A stretch of 64,000 nt of DNA, from NCBI GenBank assembly GCA_964372765.1, contig CAYJSE010000001.1, forward strand, positions 118,790 to 182,789, read 5' to 3'. The notes beneath the pieces were generated by a model. It searched no databases and was not told where the DNA came from. It was given only the letters and a program-made list of their open reading frames with translations. The translations under genes were made by a program, and so were the position numbers. This DNA comes from an uncultured Planctomycetia bacterium (GTDB lineage Bacteria; Omnitrophota; Gorgyraeia; 2-02-FULL-51-18; CAYJSE01). Position 1 is the stretch's first letter. Every line of letters begins with the position of its first letter. This document shows positions 19,203 through 29,096 of this stretch, one piece after another.

Positions 19203-20458
19203 AATTTCTTTATAGCGTATTATTTTTTATTTTTTCATTGTTCTATTTGCCGACTTTTTTTATGAAGGGCAAGCACAAGGGCGGATTTTCCGAGAGACTG
19301 GGCATTGTCCCGGAATCTGTCGTGAAGGGACTTCAAGGCAAGAAAGTGATATGGTTGCATGGTGTGTCGGTGGGGGAGATTGTTCAGGCCATGCGTTTCC
19401 GGGAGGGCTTGAGCGCCCGCGCTCCGGACGCGGTGTTTGTCTTGACGACGATCACGGCCGCGGGTCGTTCGGTGGCCGAAAAGTCCAAACGCCCCGAGGA
19501 CGCGCTGCTCTATTTTCCGGTGGATTTTCGCTTCGCGGTGCGCCAGTTTTTGGACCGCATCGGGCCCTCGATCGTGGTGATCCTGGAAACGGAGATATGG
19601 CCCAATCTTATCTGGGAGCTCTCGCGCCGCCAGATTCCGGTGTCTATCGTAAACGCGAGAATTTCCGACCGAGCGATGGTAAAATATAGAGTTGGGCAGT
19701 TCTTTATCCGGCATGTGCTCAAGTGCGTGGAGCGCGTGGGCGCCCAGGACGAAACCGCACGCGGACGTTTTGTGGAGCTCGGTGTTCCTACGGAGCGCGT
19801 GTTTGTGACGGGTCACATGAAGTACGACTGGGAGCCGTCCGCGGATCACGCTACTCGTCTCGAACGGCTAAAGGGCTGGGACCGGAACGGCGCTTCGCGA
19901 CAAACGCTTTGGATCGCGGGCAGCACGCATGAAGGTGAAGAAGAGATCATTTTCCGCGTGTATCAAAACGTGTCTCGCCAGATTCCAGGTTTGAGGCTTT
20001 TGGTGGCGCCGAGACATTTGGAGCGTCTCGACGACGTCGAAAAGAAAGCGCGAGTCTTGGGTCTGGCCGTGTTCCGGTTCCGGGAGATTCCAAACGCGGA
20101 AGCGGGCGTGATTCTTTTAGACGAGATGGGGCTTTTGGCGTCGTTTTATGCGGCGGCTGATTTTGTGTTTGTCGGCGGGAGTCTCGTGAATGTCGGGGGC
20201 CACAACCTCGTGGAGCCCGCGTATTTCAAAAAACCCGTTTTGTTTGGGCCGCATATGCAAAACTTTAAAGAGATGGCCGCGGATTTTAAAAATCGAGGCG
20301 CGGGAATTGAAGTCAAAAATGCCGAAGATTTGGAGCGCCAGGTGCTGCGGTTGGCCACCGAAACGTCGGTGCGGCAAACGTTAGGCGAATCAGCGGCACG
20401 GCTTGTACGTGAAAGTACGGGCGCTTCGGCGCGCAACTTGGAGATATTATTCTCATGA
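19199..20458 (+). CDS. waaA: 3-deoxy-D-manno-octulosonic acid (Kdo) transferase
   Basis: GT30 N-terminal membrane anchor and 'WLHGVSVGE' motif, 419 aa. Confidence 0.85.
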   Translation: MKFLYSVLFFIFSLFYLPTFFMKGKHKGGFSERLGIVPESVVKGLQGKKVIWLHGVSVGEIVQAMRFREGLSARAPDAVFVLTTITAAGRSVAEKSKRPEDALLYFPVDFRFAVRQFLDRIGPSIVVILETEIWPNLIWELSRRQIPVSIVNARISDRAMVKYRVGQFFIRHVLKCVERVGAQDETARGRFVELGVPTERVFVTGHMKYDWEPSADHATRLERLKGWDRNGASRQTLWIAGSTHEGEEEIIFRVYQNVSRQIPGLRLLVAPRHLERLDDVEKKARVLGLAVFRFREIPNAEAGVILLDEMGLLASFYAAADFVFVGGSLVNVGGHNLVEPAYFKKPVLFGPHMQNFKEMAADFKNRGAGIEVKNAEDLERQVLRLATETSVRQTLGESAARLVRESTGASARNLEILFS

Positions 20459-21441
20459 AAAAGAGTGTCGGACGTTTTCTATCTAAAATATATCGTTTAG
20501 TTTTAAAAATCGACGAGGCGCTGTATCAGACGTTTCATCGTCGCACCCACCGTGTGCCGGCGCGCGTGATCAGCATCGGGAACATCACCTGGGGCGGCAC
20601 CGGAAAGACGCCGCTGGTGATCATGCTGGCGCGCGAACTGCACGCGGTCGGTAAAAAAGTGGCCGTATTGACGCGCGGCTACGGACGGGACGAGACGGCT
20701 GAGATGAAAGAAAAACTGCCCAAAGAAGTAGCCGTGCTGGTGGGGCGGGACCGGGTGGCGAAGGCCCAGGAAGCGATACGCCTGTTTGGCGCCGAGATCC
20801 TGATTTTGGATGACGGTTTTCAGCACCGGCGGCTGGCCCGAAACCTCGACGTGGTCACGATCAACTCGACGGTGCCGTTCGGCCCCGGCGGGCTTATCCC
20901 GCTCGGCACGCTTCGAGAGCCTCTCGAGAATCTGTCCCGAGCAGATCTATTTATTTTGACGAAAAGCAATCTCGGATCCAAGAATATCCACTGGATTAAA
21001 CAGCGTGTGCATGAGATCAAGCCTGAGGCGCCGGTATTTGAGGCGATACATGAGCCGCGGCTCTTGGCACGCCTCAAGACCTCGCAGACATTGCCGCTTT
21101 CGGAGCTTCGTGCGAAACGCGTCGCGACGCTTTCTGGCATCGGAGATCCGTTCAGCTTTGAAAAGACGGTTGAAAATTTAGGAGCCGAGATTCTTTTCGC
21201 GGCGCGTTTTGAGGATCACCACCCCTATTCCAGCCATGATCTTGAGGTATTCGCTGAGCGCTGCCTCAAAATCGGAGCGACTCGGATCGTGACCACGCAG
21301 AAAGACGCCTATCGAATCCAAAAGGTGCTTACCGAGAACCCGCGGCATCCGTTCCACCGGCTCGATACACTGGTACTTCAAATAGAATTTGTGATCGTGG
21401 ATGAAGAAGATTTCATTCGAAGATGCGCTGATTCTGTATAG
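20455..21441 (+). CDS. lpxK: tetraacyldisaccharide 4'-kinase
   Basis: P-loop 'SIGNITWGGTGKTP', 328 aa. Confidence 0.85.
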   Translation: MKKSVGRFLSKIYRLVLKIDEALYQTFHRRTHRVPARVISIGNITWGGTGKTPLVIMLARELHAVGKKVAVLTRGYGRDETAEMKEKLPKEVAVLVGRDRVAKAQEAIRLFGAEILILDDGFQHRRLARNLDVVTINSTVPFGPGGLIPLGTLREPLENLSRADLFILTKSNLGSKNIHWIKQRVHEIKPEAPVFEAIHEPRLLARLKTSQTLPLSELRAKRVATLSGIGDPFSFEKTVENLGAEILFAARFEDHHPYSSHDLEVFAERCLKIGATRIVTTQKDAYRIQKVLTENPRHPFHRLDTLVLQIEFVIVDEEDFIRRCADSV

Positions 21442-23296
21442 CGTCCGGCTTGCGCGATTCTTTGTCCGGTTTCTTCCTTTGACGATCGCGCTGGGCATCG
21501 GCCGCGTCGTGGGACGCGCTGTGTACTTTTCCAGCAAACGCCGCGAGATCGCCTACCATAATCTACGCGCCGCATTTTCGGCCGAAAAGGCCCCGCGCGA
21601 ACTGCGCCGCATCGCGCGCGAATCCATGGAAAATCTAGGTGTATCCGCCGTTGAGATGCTGCGTTTTCCGGAGCTTGATCGGGCGCTTTTGCACCGCCAT
21701 TTCCGCGTCGTGGGAGAAGAGCGGTTTATGCCGGCGCTCAAGCGCGGCCAAGGGCTTATTTTTTTAACCGCGCATTTCGGCAACTGGGAACTTTTGAATG
21801 TGGCGGGCGGTATCCTGGGCTATCCGATGGTATCGCTGGCGCGTGTTCAGAAGCATCCGCGCGCCAATGCTTACTTGAATGGACTTCGTACCTGTAAAGG
21901 AACCAAGATCATTTACAAAGGCATTCCCACGCGTGAACTTCTAAAAGCTTTGAGAGGCGGAAAAATCGTCGGGATTTTGAGCGATCAGGACGGCGGCAGG
22001 AACGGTAAATTTGTGCCTTTCTTCGGACGCCTTTCGTCCACGCCTTCGGGCGTCGAAGCGTTTAGTCATCACACCGGCGCGCCGGTGTTTCCAGTTTTCA
22101 ATGTGCGCGAAGGTGCATCTTCGCATCGCGTCGAGGTGGAGGGGCCCGTGCATCCGGATAGAATTTTGGAAGAATTTGCGGCGCTGTTAGAGCAGAAAAT
22201 CCGTCAGTCGCCCTCGCAGTGGTTGTGGGGTCACCGGCGCTGGAAGTCCACGCCGGATCGTTTTGTGCTGGTTTTGACGGACGCGAAGGCGGGCCATACG
22301 CATCAGTCCGAGGCGGTCGCCGAAGCCTACAAAGCGCATCGCCTCCAGCGCGGGTCGGAGGCGGCACACACGCACTTGAAGACCGTGGAAGTGCGTTTTC
22401 GTTCCAAGGGGCGTCAGTTTTGCTTCCGCGCGATCGGCATTGTCCTTGGGGGCGCTTGGCCTTTCCGGTGGGCCGCGCTTCGTTGGGCGTTGTCCGAGGA
22501 TTCGTTTTTGGCCATTCAAGCGTCGTATGCGGATTTGGTGATTTCCTGCGGCTCTTCTCTGCAGTGGGTGAATCGGTGGATCGCGCGTGAAAACGGCGGC
22601 CGGTCCATTTTTATCATGAAGCCGCAGTTTCGGTTGAGAAAAAAAGAAGCGGCGCTGGTGCCGGCGCATGATCGTCCGAAGCGCCGGGACAATATCTTTC
22701 CGATCCAAGGCGCGCTCACCTTCACGCCGGACACGCAGAAGTTCTCGCCGAACGGCGCAAGCCGCATCGGTGTTTTGGTGGGCGGGGATGCGGGTGATTT
22801 TCATTATGACGAGACGGTTTTCAGAGATCTGGTGTGCGAGCTTGTGCGTTACAGCCGGGACTTTAAACGCATGCTGCTGGTGACATCTTCGCGCCGCACG
22901 CCGACTTGGGCCGACGCGCTGTTGAAGCGGGAGCTCGATCGGGAGCTGTGTCCCATGCTGGTGCTCGCCAATGAACACAATCCTCCGGGCGCCGTGAACG
23001 CGATTCTGGGTTTAAGCGAGCGACTGGTCGTTTCAGGAGAGTCCATTTCGATGGTTTCGGAAGCCGTGGCGGCCGGAAAACCCGTGATCGTGATGGTGCC
23101 CGCCAAAAACGGCGCGCTCGGGGTCAAACACGAGCGTTTTTTAAGGGCGCTGGAGCGGGACGAGAAGATTTACCGGGCGACGCCGCAAACCCTGTACACG
23201 ATTTTAAAAGAAGTAAAACCGGAAACCAAATCCACAAATGCGGTGTCCGGAAATCTTGAATCGATCCATAAACTTTTTAGTTATCTTGGGGTTTGA
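21401..23296 (+). CDS. two-domain protein: LpxL/HtrB-like lipid A acyltransferase (N-terminal) fused to an ELM1/DUF1022-like glycosyltransferase-fold domain (C-terminal)
   Basis: N-terminal approximately 300 aa carry 'LTAHFGNWE', the LPLAT HX4D-family motif. The C-terminal approximately 330 aa resemble the ELM1-like domain often encoded next to waaA/lpxK. The domain assignment of the C-terminal half is inference. Confidence 0.65.
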   Translation: MKKISFEDALILYSVRLARFFVRFLPLTIALGIGRVVGRAVYFSSKRREIAYHNLRAAFSAEKAPRELRRIARESMENLGVSAVEMLRFPELDRALLHRHFRVVGEERFMPALKRGQGLIFLTAHFGNWELLNVAGGILGYPMVSLARVQKHPRANAYLNGLRTCKGTKIIYKGIPTRELLKALRGGKIVGILSDQDGGRNGKFVPFFGRLSSTPSGVEAFSHHTGAPVFPVFNVREGASSHRVEVEGPVHPDRILEEFAALLEQKIRQSPSQWLWGHRRWKSTPDRFVLVLTDAKAGHTHQSEAVAEAYKAHRLQRGSEAAHTHLKTVEVRFRSKGRQFCFRAIGIVLGGAWPFRWAALRWALSEDSFLAIQASYADLVISCGSSLQWVNRWIARENGGRSIFIMKPQFRLRKKEAALVPAHDRPKRRDNIFPIQGALTFTPDTQKFSPNGASRIGVLVGGDAGDFHYDETVFRDLVCELVRYSRDFKRMLLVTSSRRTPTWADALLKRELDRELCPMLVLANEHNPPGAVNAILGLSERLVVSGESISMVSEAVAAGKPVIVMVPAKNGALGVKHERFLRALERDEKIYRATPQTLYTILKEVKPETKSTNAVSGNLESIHKLFSYLGV

Positions 23297-25419
23297 GCTT
23301 GAATATTTTACAGATTTTACCTGAACTGAAATCCGGCGGTGTCGAGCGCGGCACCGTGGACTTGGCCAAGTATTTAAAAAAGAAAGGTCACGGGTCCGTC
23401 GTGGTCTCAGCCGGCGGACCGCTCGTGGGGGAGCTCGTCGCCGCGGACGTGAAACACTACGCGTTGCCGGTGCATCGCAAGAACCCGTGGGCGATCGTGC
23501 GCTGCACGCGCGCGTTGTCCAAAATCATAGAAATGGAAAATATCGACGTGATCCACGCGCGCAGCCGCGTGCCGGCCGTGATCGCCTACTTCGCCGGTCG
23601 GCGCACGAATAAACCGTTTGTCACCACCTGCCACGGTTTTTACAGCCGGCACTTTTTAAGCCGTTTCATGGGCTGGGGAAAGATCGTGATCGTGGCCAGT
23701 CACGTGATCGGGCGCCGTATGCGCGATGATTTTCGGGTGCCGCAAAGGAAAATCCGTTTTGTCCCGCGCGGCGTGAATCTGGACGAGTTTCATCCCGCCG
23801 CGCAAGCCGGTCACGAAGCCGTTTCCAAGGAAGTGATCGTCGGAATGATCGGGCGTCTCACGCCGATCAAAGGACACGCGATTTTTTTAAAGGCGATGGT
23901 GCGCGTGGCGCGCATGATGCCCCATGTCAAAATCCAAATCATCGGCGATACGGACAAGATCCGTTACAAGGAAGAGCTGCAGATGCTGACGCGCCGCCTG
24001 GGGCTTGGGGACGCCGTGCAGTTCATGGGCACCCGTTACGATATCCCGCAGCTTTTATCGCAGATGGCGGTGCTGGTCGTGCCCTCCGTCGGCGAAGAGG
24101 CGTTTGGACGCGTGGTGATTGAGGCTGGCGCCTGCGGCGTGCCGGTGGTGGCGTCGCGGATCGGAGGTCTCGTGGACATCATTGAGCATGAAAAAGAAGG
24201 TCTGTTGGTTCCGCCGGACGATATCCAGAGTTTATCCGAAGCGATTTTGCGTCTTTTGAAAGAGCCCGCGGCCGCCCAAGCCATGGCCGTCGCTTTACGG
24301 CAAAAGGTGGAGAAACAGTTTAATCTGGAGCAGATGTTTACGAAAACCCTGGCTGTGTACGAAGAGGCCCAGAGCCGTCAAAAGATTCTCGTGATCAAGT
24401 TGAGCGCGTTGGGGGATGTGATCTTAAGCATTCCGTCTTTACGCGCGCTGCGTAAGGCGTATCCCAACGCCTGGATCTCGGCACTGGTGGGAAGGCGCTC
24501 GCGCGGGATCGTCCGCAACTGCCCCTACGTGAATGACACGCTCGTCTACGACGAATCCGCGGGTATTCCTCGGGTGGTTCGGATGCTGAGAATGGCCCGG
24601 ATTTTATCCCGAGAAGATTTTGATATCGCGGTGGACCTTCAAAATAACCGCTTGAGTCACAGTTTAAGTTTTTTGTCTGGCGCGCGCGTCCGCGCGGGCT
24701 ACCAGAACGGCAAGTGGTCGTTTTTCTTGAATCGGCGCGCGAAGGATGTCTCGTACGCGCTGCCGCCGGTGGAGCATCAGTTCCAAGTGTTGAAGCTGCT
24801 GGGTATCGAGGAAACGGAGAAAGAACTCGAGCTCTGGACGCGGCCCGCGGAAGATGCAAGCATCGCCGATTTTTGGCGCGACGCGTGGGTGGCTACGGGC
24901 CAGACGCTGGTCGGGATCAATTTAAGCGCTTCGGCGCGCTGGCCGACGAAGCAGTGGGGCATCGAAAATTACGCGAAGCTTTGCGAAGAGTTGGCGCGGC
25001 GTAATATCCGTGTGGTTTTGACGGGCGCGCCTGAAGATAAAGGGATTTTGGAGAAATTTTACAGTTTGACGCGTGTCAAGCCCGTGAGCGCGGTCGGCAA
25101 AACGTCGATCACGGAACTCGTGGCGCTGATACGCCGCTGTCAGGTGTTTGTGAGCTCCGATTCCGCGCCGATGCACATCGCGTCGGGTCTCGGCGTGCCA
25201 CTGGTGGCGCTGTTTGGGCCCACCGATCCCAAGCGGCACCTCGTGCCTCCGGCGCGCTACGAGGTTTTTTGGAAAGAGGTGCCCTGCAGTCCTTGCTACC
25301 TGCGCAATTGTCCGATCGGACACGTGTGCATGAAAAAGATCACGGTTCAAGAAGTGCTGAACGCGATTTTGTATCTTTTGAAGGAGAATCCGGTGCTTGT
25401 CGAGGAAATCGCTTCGTGA
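23293..25419 (+). CDS. fused glycosyltransferase: GT4 (RfaG-like) N-terminal domain plus GT9 heptosyltransferase C-terminal domain
   Basis: N-terminal half has the GT4 EX7E region ('EAFGRVVIEAGACGVPVVAS'). The C-terminal half starts 'KILVIKLSALGDVILSIPSLRAL', typical of ADP-heptose:LPS heptosyltransferases. TTG start. Confidence 0.75.
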   Translation: MSLNILQILPELKSGGVERGTVDLAKYLKKKGHGSVVVSAGGPLVGELVAADVKHYALPVHRKNPWAIVRCTRALSKIIEMENIDVIHARSRVPAVIAYFAGRRTNKPFVTTCHGFYSRHFLSRFMGWGKIVIVASHVIGRRMRDDFRVPQRKIRFVPRGVNLDEFHPAAQAGHEAVSKEVIVGMIGRLTPIKGHAIFLKAMVRVARMMPHVKIQIIGDTDKIRYKEELQMLTRRLGLGDAVQFMGTRYDIPQLLSQMAVLVVPSVGEEAFGRVVIEAGACGVPVVASRIGGLVDIIEHEKEGLLVPPDDIQSLSEAILRLLKEPAAAQAMAVALRQKVEKQFNLEQMFTKTLAVYEEAQSRQKILVIKLSALGDVILSIPSLRALRKAYPNAWISALVGRRSRGIVRNCPYVNDTLVYDESAGIPRVVRMLRMARILSREDFDIAVDLQNNRLSHSLSFLSGARVRAGYQNGKWSFFLNRRAKDVSYALPPVEHQFQVLKLLGIEETEKELELWTRPAEDASIADFWRDAWVATGQTLVGINLSASARWPTKQWGIENYAKLCEELARRNIRVVLTGAPEDKGILEKFYSLTRVKPVSAVGKTSITELVALIRRCQVFVSSDSAPMHIASGLGVPLVALFGPTDPKRHLVPPARYEVFWKEVPCSPCYLRNCPIGHVCMKKITVQEVLNAILYLLKENPVLVEEIAS

Positions 25420-26183
25420 GATGGGGGACCCAGCGTCTCGGGCTGGCGCTTCTCGTCCTGCTGGGGACGCTGGTCACCGCGCAGGCCCATTATCAGGTCC
25501 CGATCCTCATGTACCATCACGTGGGAGAATCTTCCGAGGATTCGAGTCTCTGGGTGCGGCCGGAGACTTTTGAAAAACAAATGGAATTTCTAAAACTGCA
25601 CGGCTATCACGTCGAGCGTCTTGAAAAGATCGTTCAGAAGCTTCGGGCGGGGGAGCGCGTCGCGAATAAAACGGTGGCGATCACATTTGACGACGGCACG
25701 CTCGATAATTTCACGCACGCGTTTCCGGTGCTAAAAAAAATGGGTTTTCCGGCCACTATTTTTATGATCACGCGCAATATCGGCGAGCAGGGCTGGCTTT
25801 CGGAGGAAGACTTGAGGATTTTAAATGAGTCCGGGATAGCGATCGGCAGCCATACCGTAAACCATGCGCATCTGCCTGATTTAAAAAGTGAGGAAGATGC
25901 GCTGTTTGAATTGAAGGCTTCGAAAGAAAAATTGGAAAAGATCTTAGGGCGGCCGGTGGATCTCTTGAGCTACCCGGCCGGCGGTTTTACCGAGCGGATT
26001 CGGGGCACGGCTAAGCGCGTCGGCTATCGCGGGGCCGTGACGACAAACCGGGGCACGGGCAAAAACGATGTTTACGCGCTTCGGCGCATCAAAGTCACCG
26101 AGGCGGGCGGGAGTCTTTTTCATCTGTGGATCAAGTTGAGCGGTTTTTATCACATCGGAAAAAAGAAGATTGAGACGGGATAA
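25416..26183 (+). CDS. polysaccharide deacetylase (NodB-homology/CE4 family), secreted
   Basis: Signal peptide 'LGLALLVLLGTLVTAQA', 'ITFDDG', 'HTVNH'. GTG start at 25416 overlapping the upstream stop. Confidence 0.75.
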   Translation: MRWGTQRLGLALLVLLGTLVTAQAHYQVPILMYHHVGESSEDSSLWVRPETFEKQMEFLKLHGYHVERLEKIVQKLRAGERVANKTVAITFDDGTLDNFTHAFPVLKKMGFPATIFMITRNIGEQGWLSEEDLRILNESGIAIGSHTVNHAHLPDLKSEEDALFELKASKEKLEKILGRPVDLLSYPAGGFTERIRGTAKRVGYRGAVTTNRGTGKNDVYALRRIKVTEAGGSLFHLWIKLSGFYHIGKKKIETG

Positions 26184-27120
26184 GGTTCTCGTTGTTTCGC
26201 CCAACTGGATGGGCGACGCGCTATTTTTGACGCCGGCGATCCGCGCGTTGCGTCGCGCCCTTCCGGGGGCTCACCTCGTTTGTTTAAGTGCTCGCCGCTG
26301 CGCCCGTGTTTTTGAAAACAACCCCTATTTAAACGCGGTAGTCGATCGGGCGCGAGGAGAAAAATTTGACGCGGCTCTTTTTTTTCAACCCTCCTGCCGC
26401 CGCTCATTTTGGACCATGGTAACCGGCGTGCCGGAACGTGTCGGTTTCGCCCGCCGCGGCAAAGCTATTTTTTTAAACCGTGTATTTCAAAATATTTCAA
26501 CACCGATACACCGCGTCAACTTTTTTTTAGAGCTTGTCCGGCAGTGGACCGGAGCGGCGCCGGAGGGACGGCATCTTGATTTTTTTACGACGCCGGACGA
26601 TGAAAGGGTGGCCAGCGCCTCTTTGGATTTGCTGAAAGACTATTGTGTCGTACATGCGGGAGGAAACTGGGATTTAAAGCGTTGGCCCGTGGCTTATTTT
26701 TCGGCGTGGATACAAAAAGTGTTGGCGGAGTCTGATTTAAACGTTGTTTTGTGCGGATCCGGCAATGAGACGGCGTTGACCGACGAAATTGGCCGCACCG
26801 TAAAAAGCGAGCGCGTGGTATCGGTTTGTGGGAAAACGACGCTCGGGAGTTTAGCGGTTATTTTGAAACACGCCCGATTTTTACTGTCGAATGACTCCGG
26901 GCCGCTGCATCTGGCCGGCAGTCAGCGCACGCCCGTGATCGGGCTTTACGGGCCGACCGCGCTCGCGTACACGGGACCGGTGTCGGAGGGGGCCATCGTG
27001 ATACAGAAAAACGTGGGCTGCGAAGTGCCCTGCTACTTCCGATCCTGCAACTACCGCGTCTGCATGGACTGGATCACTCCCGAAGAAGTCTTCGAAAAAT
27101 CCAAGGAATTTTTGAAATGA
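26170..27120 (+). CDS. ADP-heptose:LPS heptosyltransferase (GT9)
   Basis: 'VLVVSPNWMGDALFLTPAIRALR' and 'SNDSGPLHLA'. TTG start. Confidence 0.8.
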   Translation: MRRDKVLVVSPNWMGDALFLTPAIRALRRALPGAHLVCLSARRCARVFENNPYLNAVVDRARGEKFDAALFFQPSCRRSFWTMVTGVPERVGFARRGKAIFLNRVFQNISTPIHRVNFFLELVRQWTGAAPEGRHLDFFTTPDDERVASASLDLLKDYCVVHAGGNWDLKRWPVAYFSAWIQKVLAESDLNVVLCGSGNETALTDEIGRTVKSERVVSVCGKTTLGSLAVILKHARFLLSNDSGPLHLAGSQRTPVIGLYGPTALAYTGPVSEGAIVIQKNVGCEVPCYFRSCNYRVCMDWITPEEVFEKSKEFLK

Positions 27121-29096
27121 AAATAGACACTTCTTCGATTCGGAAAGTGTTGGTGGTGACGCTGTCGAATCTGGGGGATGTGGTGTTAACACTGCCTGTA
27201 TTTCAGGCGCTTTTGGAGAAGTTTCCCGGGGTGGAATTGCACGCGCTGGTGGGAAAAAGCGGCCATGTGGTATTTCAAAACGATCCGCGCGTGAAGAAGC
27301 TCTATATTTATGACCGGCGGGTTTCCTGGACCCAGAAATGGAAGCTTGTGCGCGAAATCCGCGCCGAGCGTTACGGTCTTATCGTGGATTTGAGACATTC
27401 CTTTTTCGGGCTATTCGGCGGCGCGCGTCACCGGACGTCGATTTTAAATTTTTCAAAAAAAACCAAGCACCGGTCGGCGCAGCATTTTCAAGTGCTACAA
27501 AGCGTCGTCGATGTTTCGTTTCCCGATAAGCCTTTTTTGAAGCCTGCGAGGATTGGGGCAGATGCAAAAATCATCGTGGCGGCCGTGGGCTCCAAAAGCG
27601 ATATTAAAAAATGGCCGCCGGAATATTATGCGAAACTTTTGGACCGCTTGATCCAGGAGCAGGGCGCGGAGGTGGTGCTGGTCGGAGACGCCGGTGACAG
27701 TGCCGATTCCGCGCGTGTGCGCGAAGCGATGCGGAGCAGTGTCATCGACCGGACGGGCAAAACCGATTTCCTCGAGCTCGTGGATTGTATCGCGCGCTCG
27801 GCGCTTGTGATCACGAACGACAGCGCGCCGCTGCACATCGCCGACCACCTCGGAGTGCCGGTGCTGTCCATTTTTGGCCCTACGGATCCGCGCAAGTACG
27901 GTCCAAGAAGTTCCGGCAGTATGGCTGTGAGAAGACCGCTTTTTTGCGCGCCTTGCGAACGAGCCCAATGCCGCTTCGGTCACGAGTGCATGAACGAGCT
28001 GGGTGTCGATCCAGTGTACGCGCGGGCGCTGCAACTATTGAGCGACGAGCACGTCCCCAGAAACCTGAAAGTTCTCGTGAGCCGCCTGGACCGTATCGGC
28101 GACTGTGTGCTGACGCTTCCCGCGATTGCGGCGATCCGCGCGCGGTTTCCGAACGCCGTGATATCTGTGATGACGCGCGCGTCCACAGCGCCACTTTTCG
28201 ATGGGCACCCGGCGGTGGATGAAGTGATTCCGTATTTTTACGAAAAAAATGGGCGCCACCGCTTTCTTGGAAACTTGCGGTTTTTAAACGAAATCGTCCA
28301 GAGAAAATTTGATATCGCTTTTCTTCTGCACCCCAGCCATCGCGCGTATCTTGTCCCGTATTTGGCCGGTATTCCGTACCGGATCGGGTTTGACTGCGAC
28401 TGGTCGTTTCTTTTGACAAAAAAAGTTCCCGATAAACGTTCCGAAGGCAGGCGCCATGAGTCCGAATGCACGCTGGACATCGTACGGGCGTTCGGAATGG
28501 AGCCGAAGGAAAAACGCGACCCCGAACTGCCTCTTTATTTTGAAGATAGGGCGGCGACGGAACAGCGGTTTGGAGCCGCTCCCAGAATCGCGATCCACGC
28601 GGGCGCTAGCTGTACTTCAAAACGTTGGCCCAAGCAGCGCTTTGCGCAATTAGCTTCAAAGATCCTCGCGTGGCGGCCCGAGCTGCAAATCGCGGTGGTG
28701 GGAGGGGAAGAGGAAAAGGATCTCGGCGCGTATCTCGCATCGGAAATTGGAAAAAGCGCGCTGGACCTAACCGGGCGGCTTTCATTAAAAGAGCTCGCCG
28801 CGTTTTTATCGGCCTGCGAGCTTCTTGTCTCCAACGATTCGGGGCCTGTGCACATCGCGGCGGCGGTGGGGACGAAGACGCTCACGATTTTCGGCCGCAA
28901 TCAGGCGGGTTTGAGTCTACGACGGTGGAGGGCGCTGGGGCGCGGGCATCGCGCGATCCAAAAGGATGTCGGCTGTGTGGTGTGCCTCGCGCATCGATGC
29001 ACCATCGATTTTGAGTGCCTAAAAGCGGTGAGTGTGGAGGAAGTGTTTGAGGAGCTTAAAACTATGCTTTCTGCTTCTACTGTGCAGCTGCGTTGA
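27117..29096 (+). CDS. tandem double GT9 heptosyltransferase (two complete GT9 domains in one 659-aa ORF)
   Basis: Domain 1 'KVLVVTLSNLGDVVLTLPVFQAL ... NDSAPLHIADHLG'. Domain 2 'KVLVSRLDRIGDCVLTLPAIAAI ... NDSGPVHIAAAVG'. Confidence 0.8.
   Translation: MKIDTSSIRKVLVVTLSNLGDVVLTLPVFQALLEKFPGVELHALVGKSGHVVFQNDPRVKKLYIYDRRVSWTQKWKLVREIRAERYGLIVDLRHSFFGLFGGARHRTSILNFSKKTKHRSAQHFQVLQSVVDVSFPDKPFLKPARIGADAKIIVAAVGSKSDIKKWPPEYYAKLLDRLIQEQGAEVVLVGDAGDSADSARVREAMRSSVIDRTGKTDFLELVDCIARSALVITNDSAPLHIADHLGVPVLSIFGPTDPRKYGPRSSGSMAVRRPLFCAPCERAQCRFGHECMNELGVDPVYARALQLLSDEHVPRNLKVLVSRLDRIGDCVLTLPAIAAIRARFPNAVISVMTRASTAPLFDGHPAVDEVIPYFYEKNGRHRFLGNLRFLNEIVQRKFDIAFLLHPSHRAYLVPYLAGIPYRIGFDCDWSFLLTKKVPDKRSEGRRHESECTLDIVRAFGMEPKEKRDPELPLYFEDRAATEQRFGAAPRIAIHAGASCTSKRWPKQRFAQLASKILAWRPELQIAVVGGEEEKDLGAYLASEIGKSALDLTGRLSLKELAAFLSACELLVSNDSGPVHIAAAVGTKTLTIFGRNQAGLSLRRWRALGRGHRAIQKDVGCVVCLAHRCTIDFECLKAVSVEEVFEELKTMLSASTVQLR

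Noticed and set aside
22187-22978. 263-aa minus-strand ORF antisense to the LpxL-ELM1 gene
   Set aside because: Same reasoning. Composition-driven open frame opposite a real gene, with no motif support.
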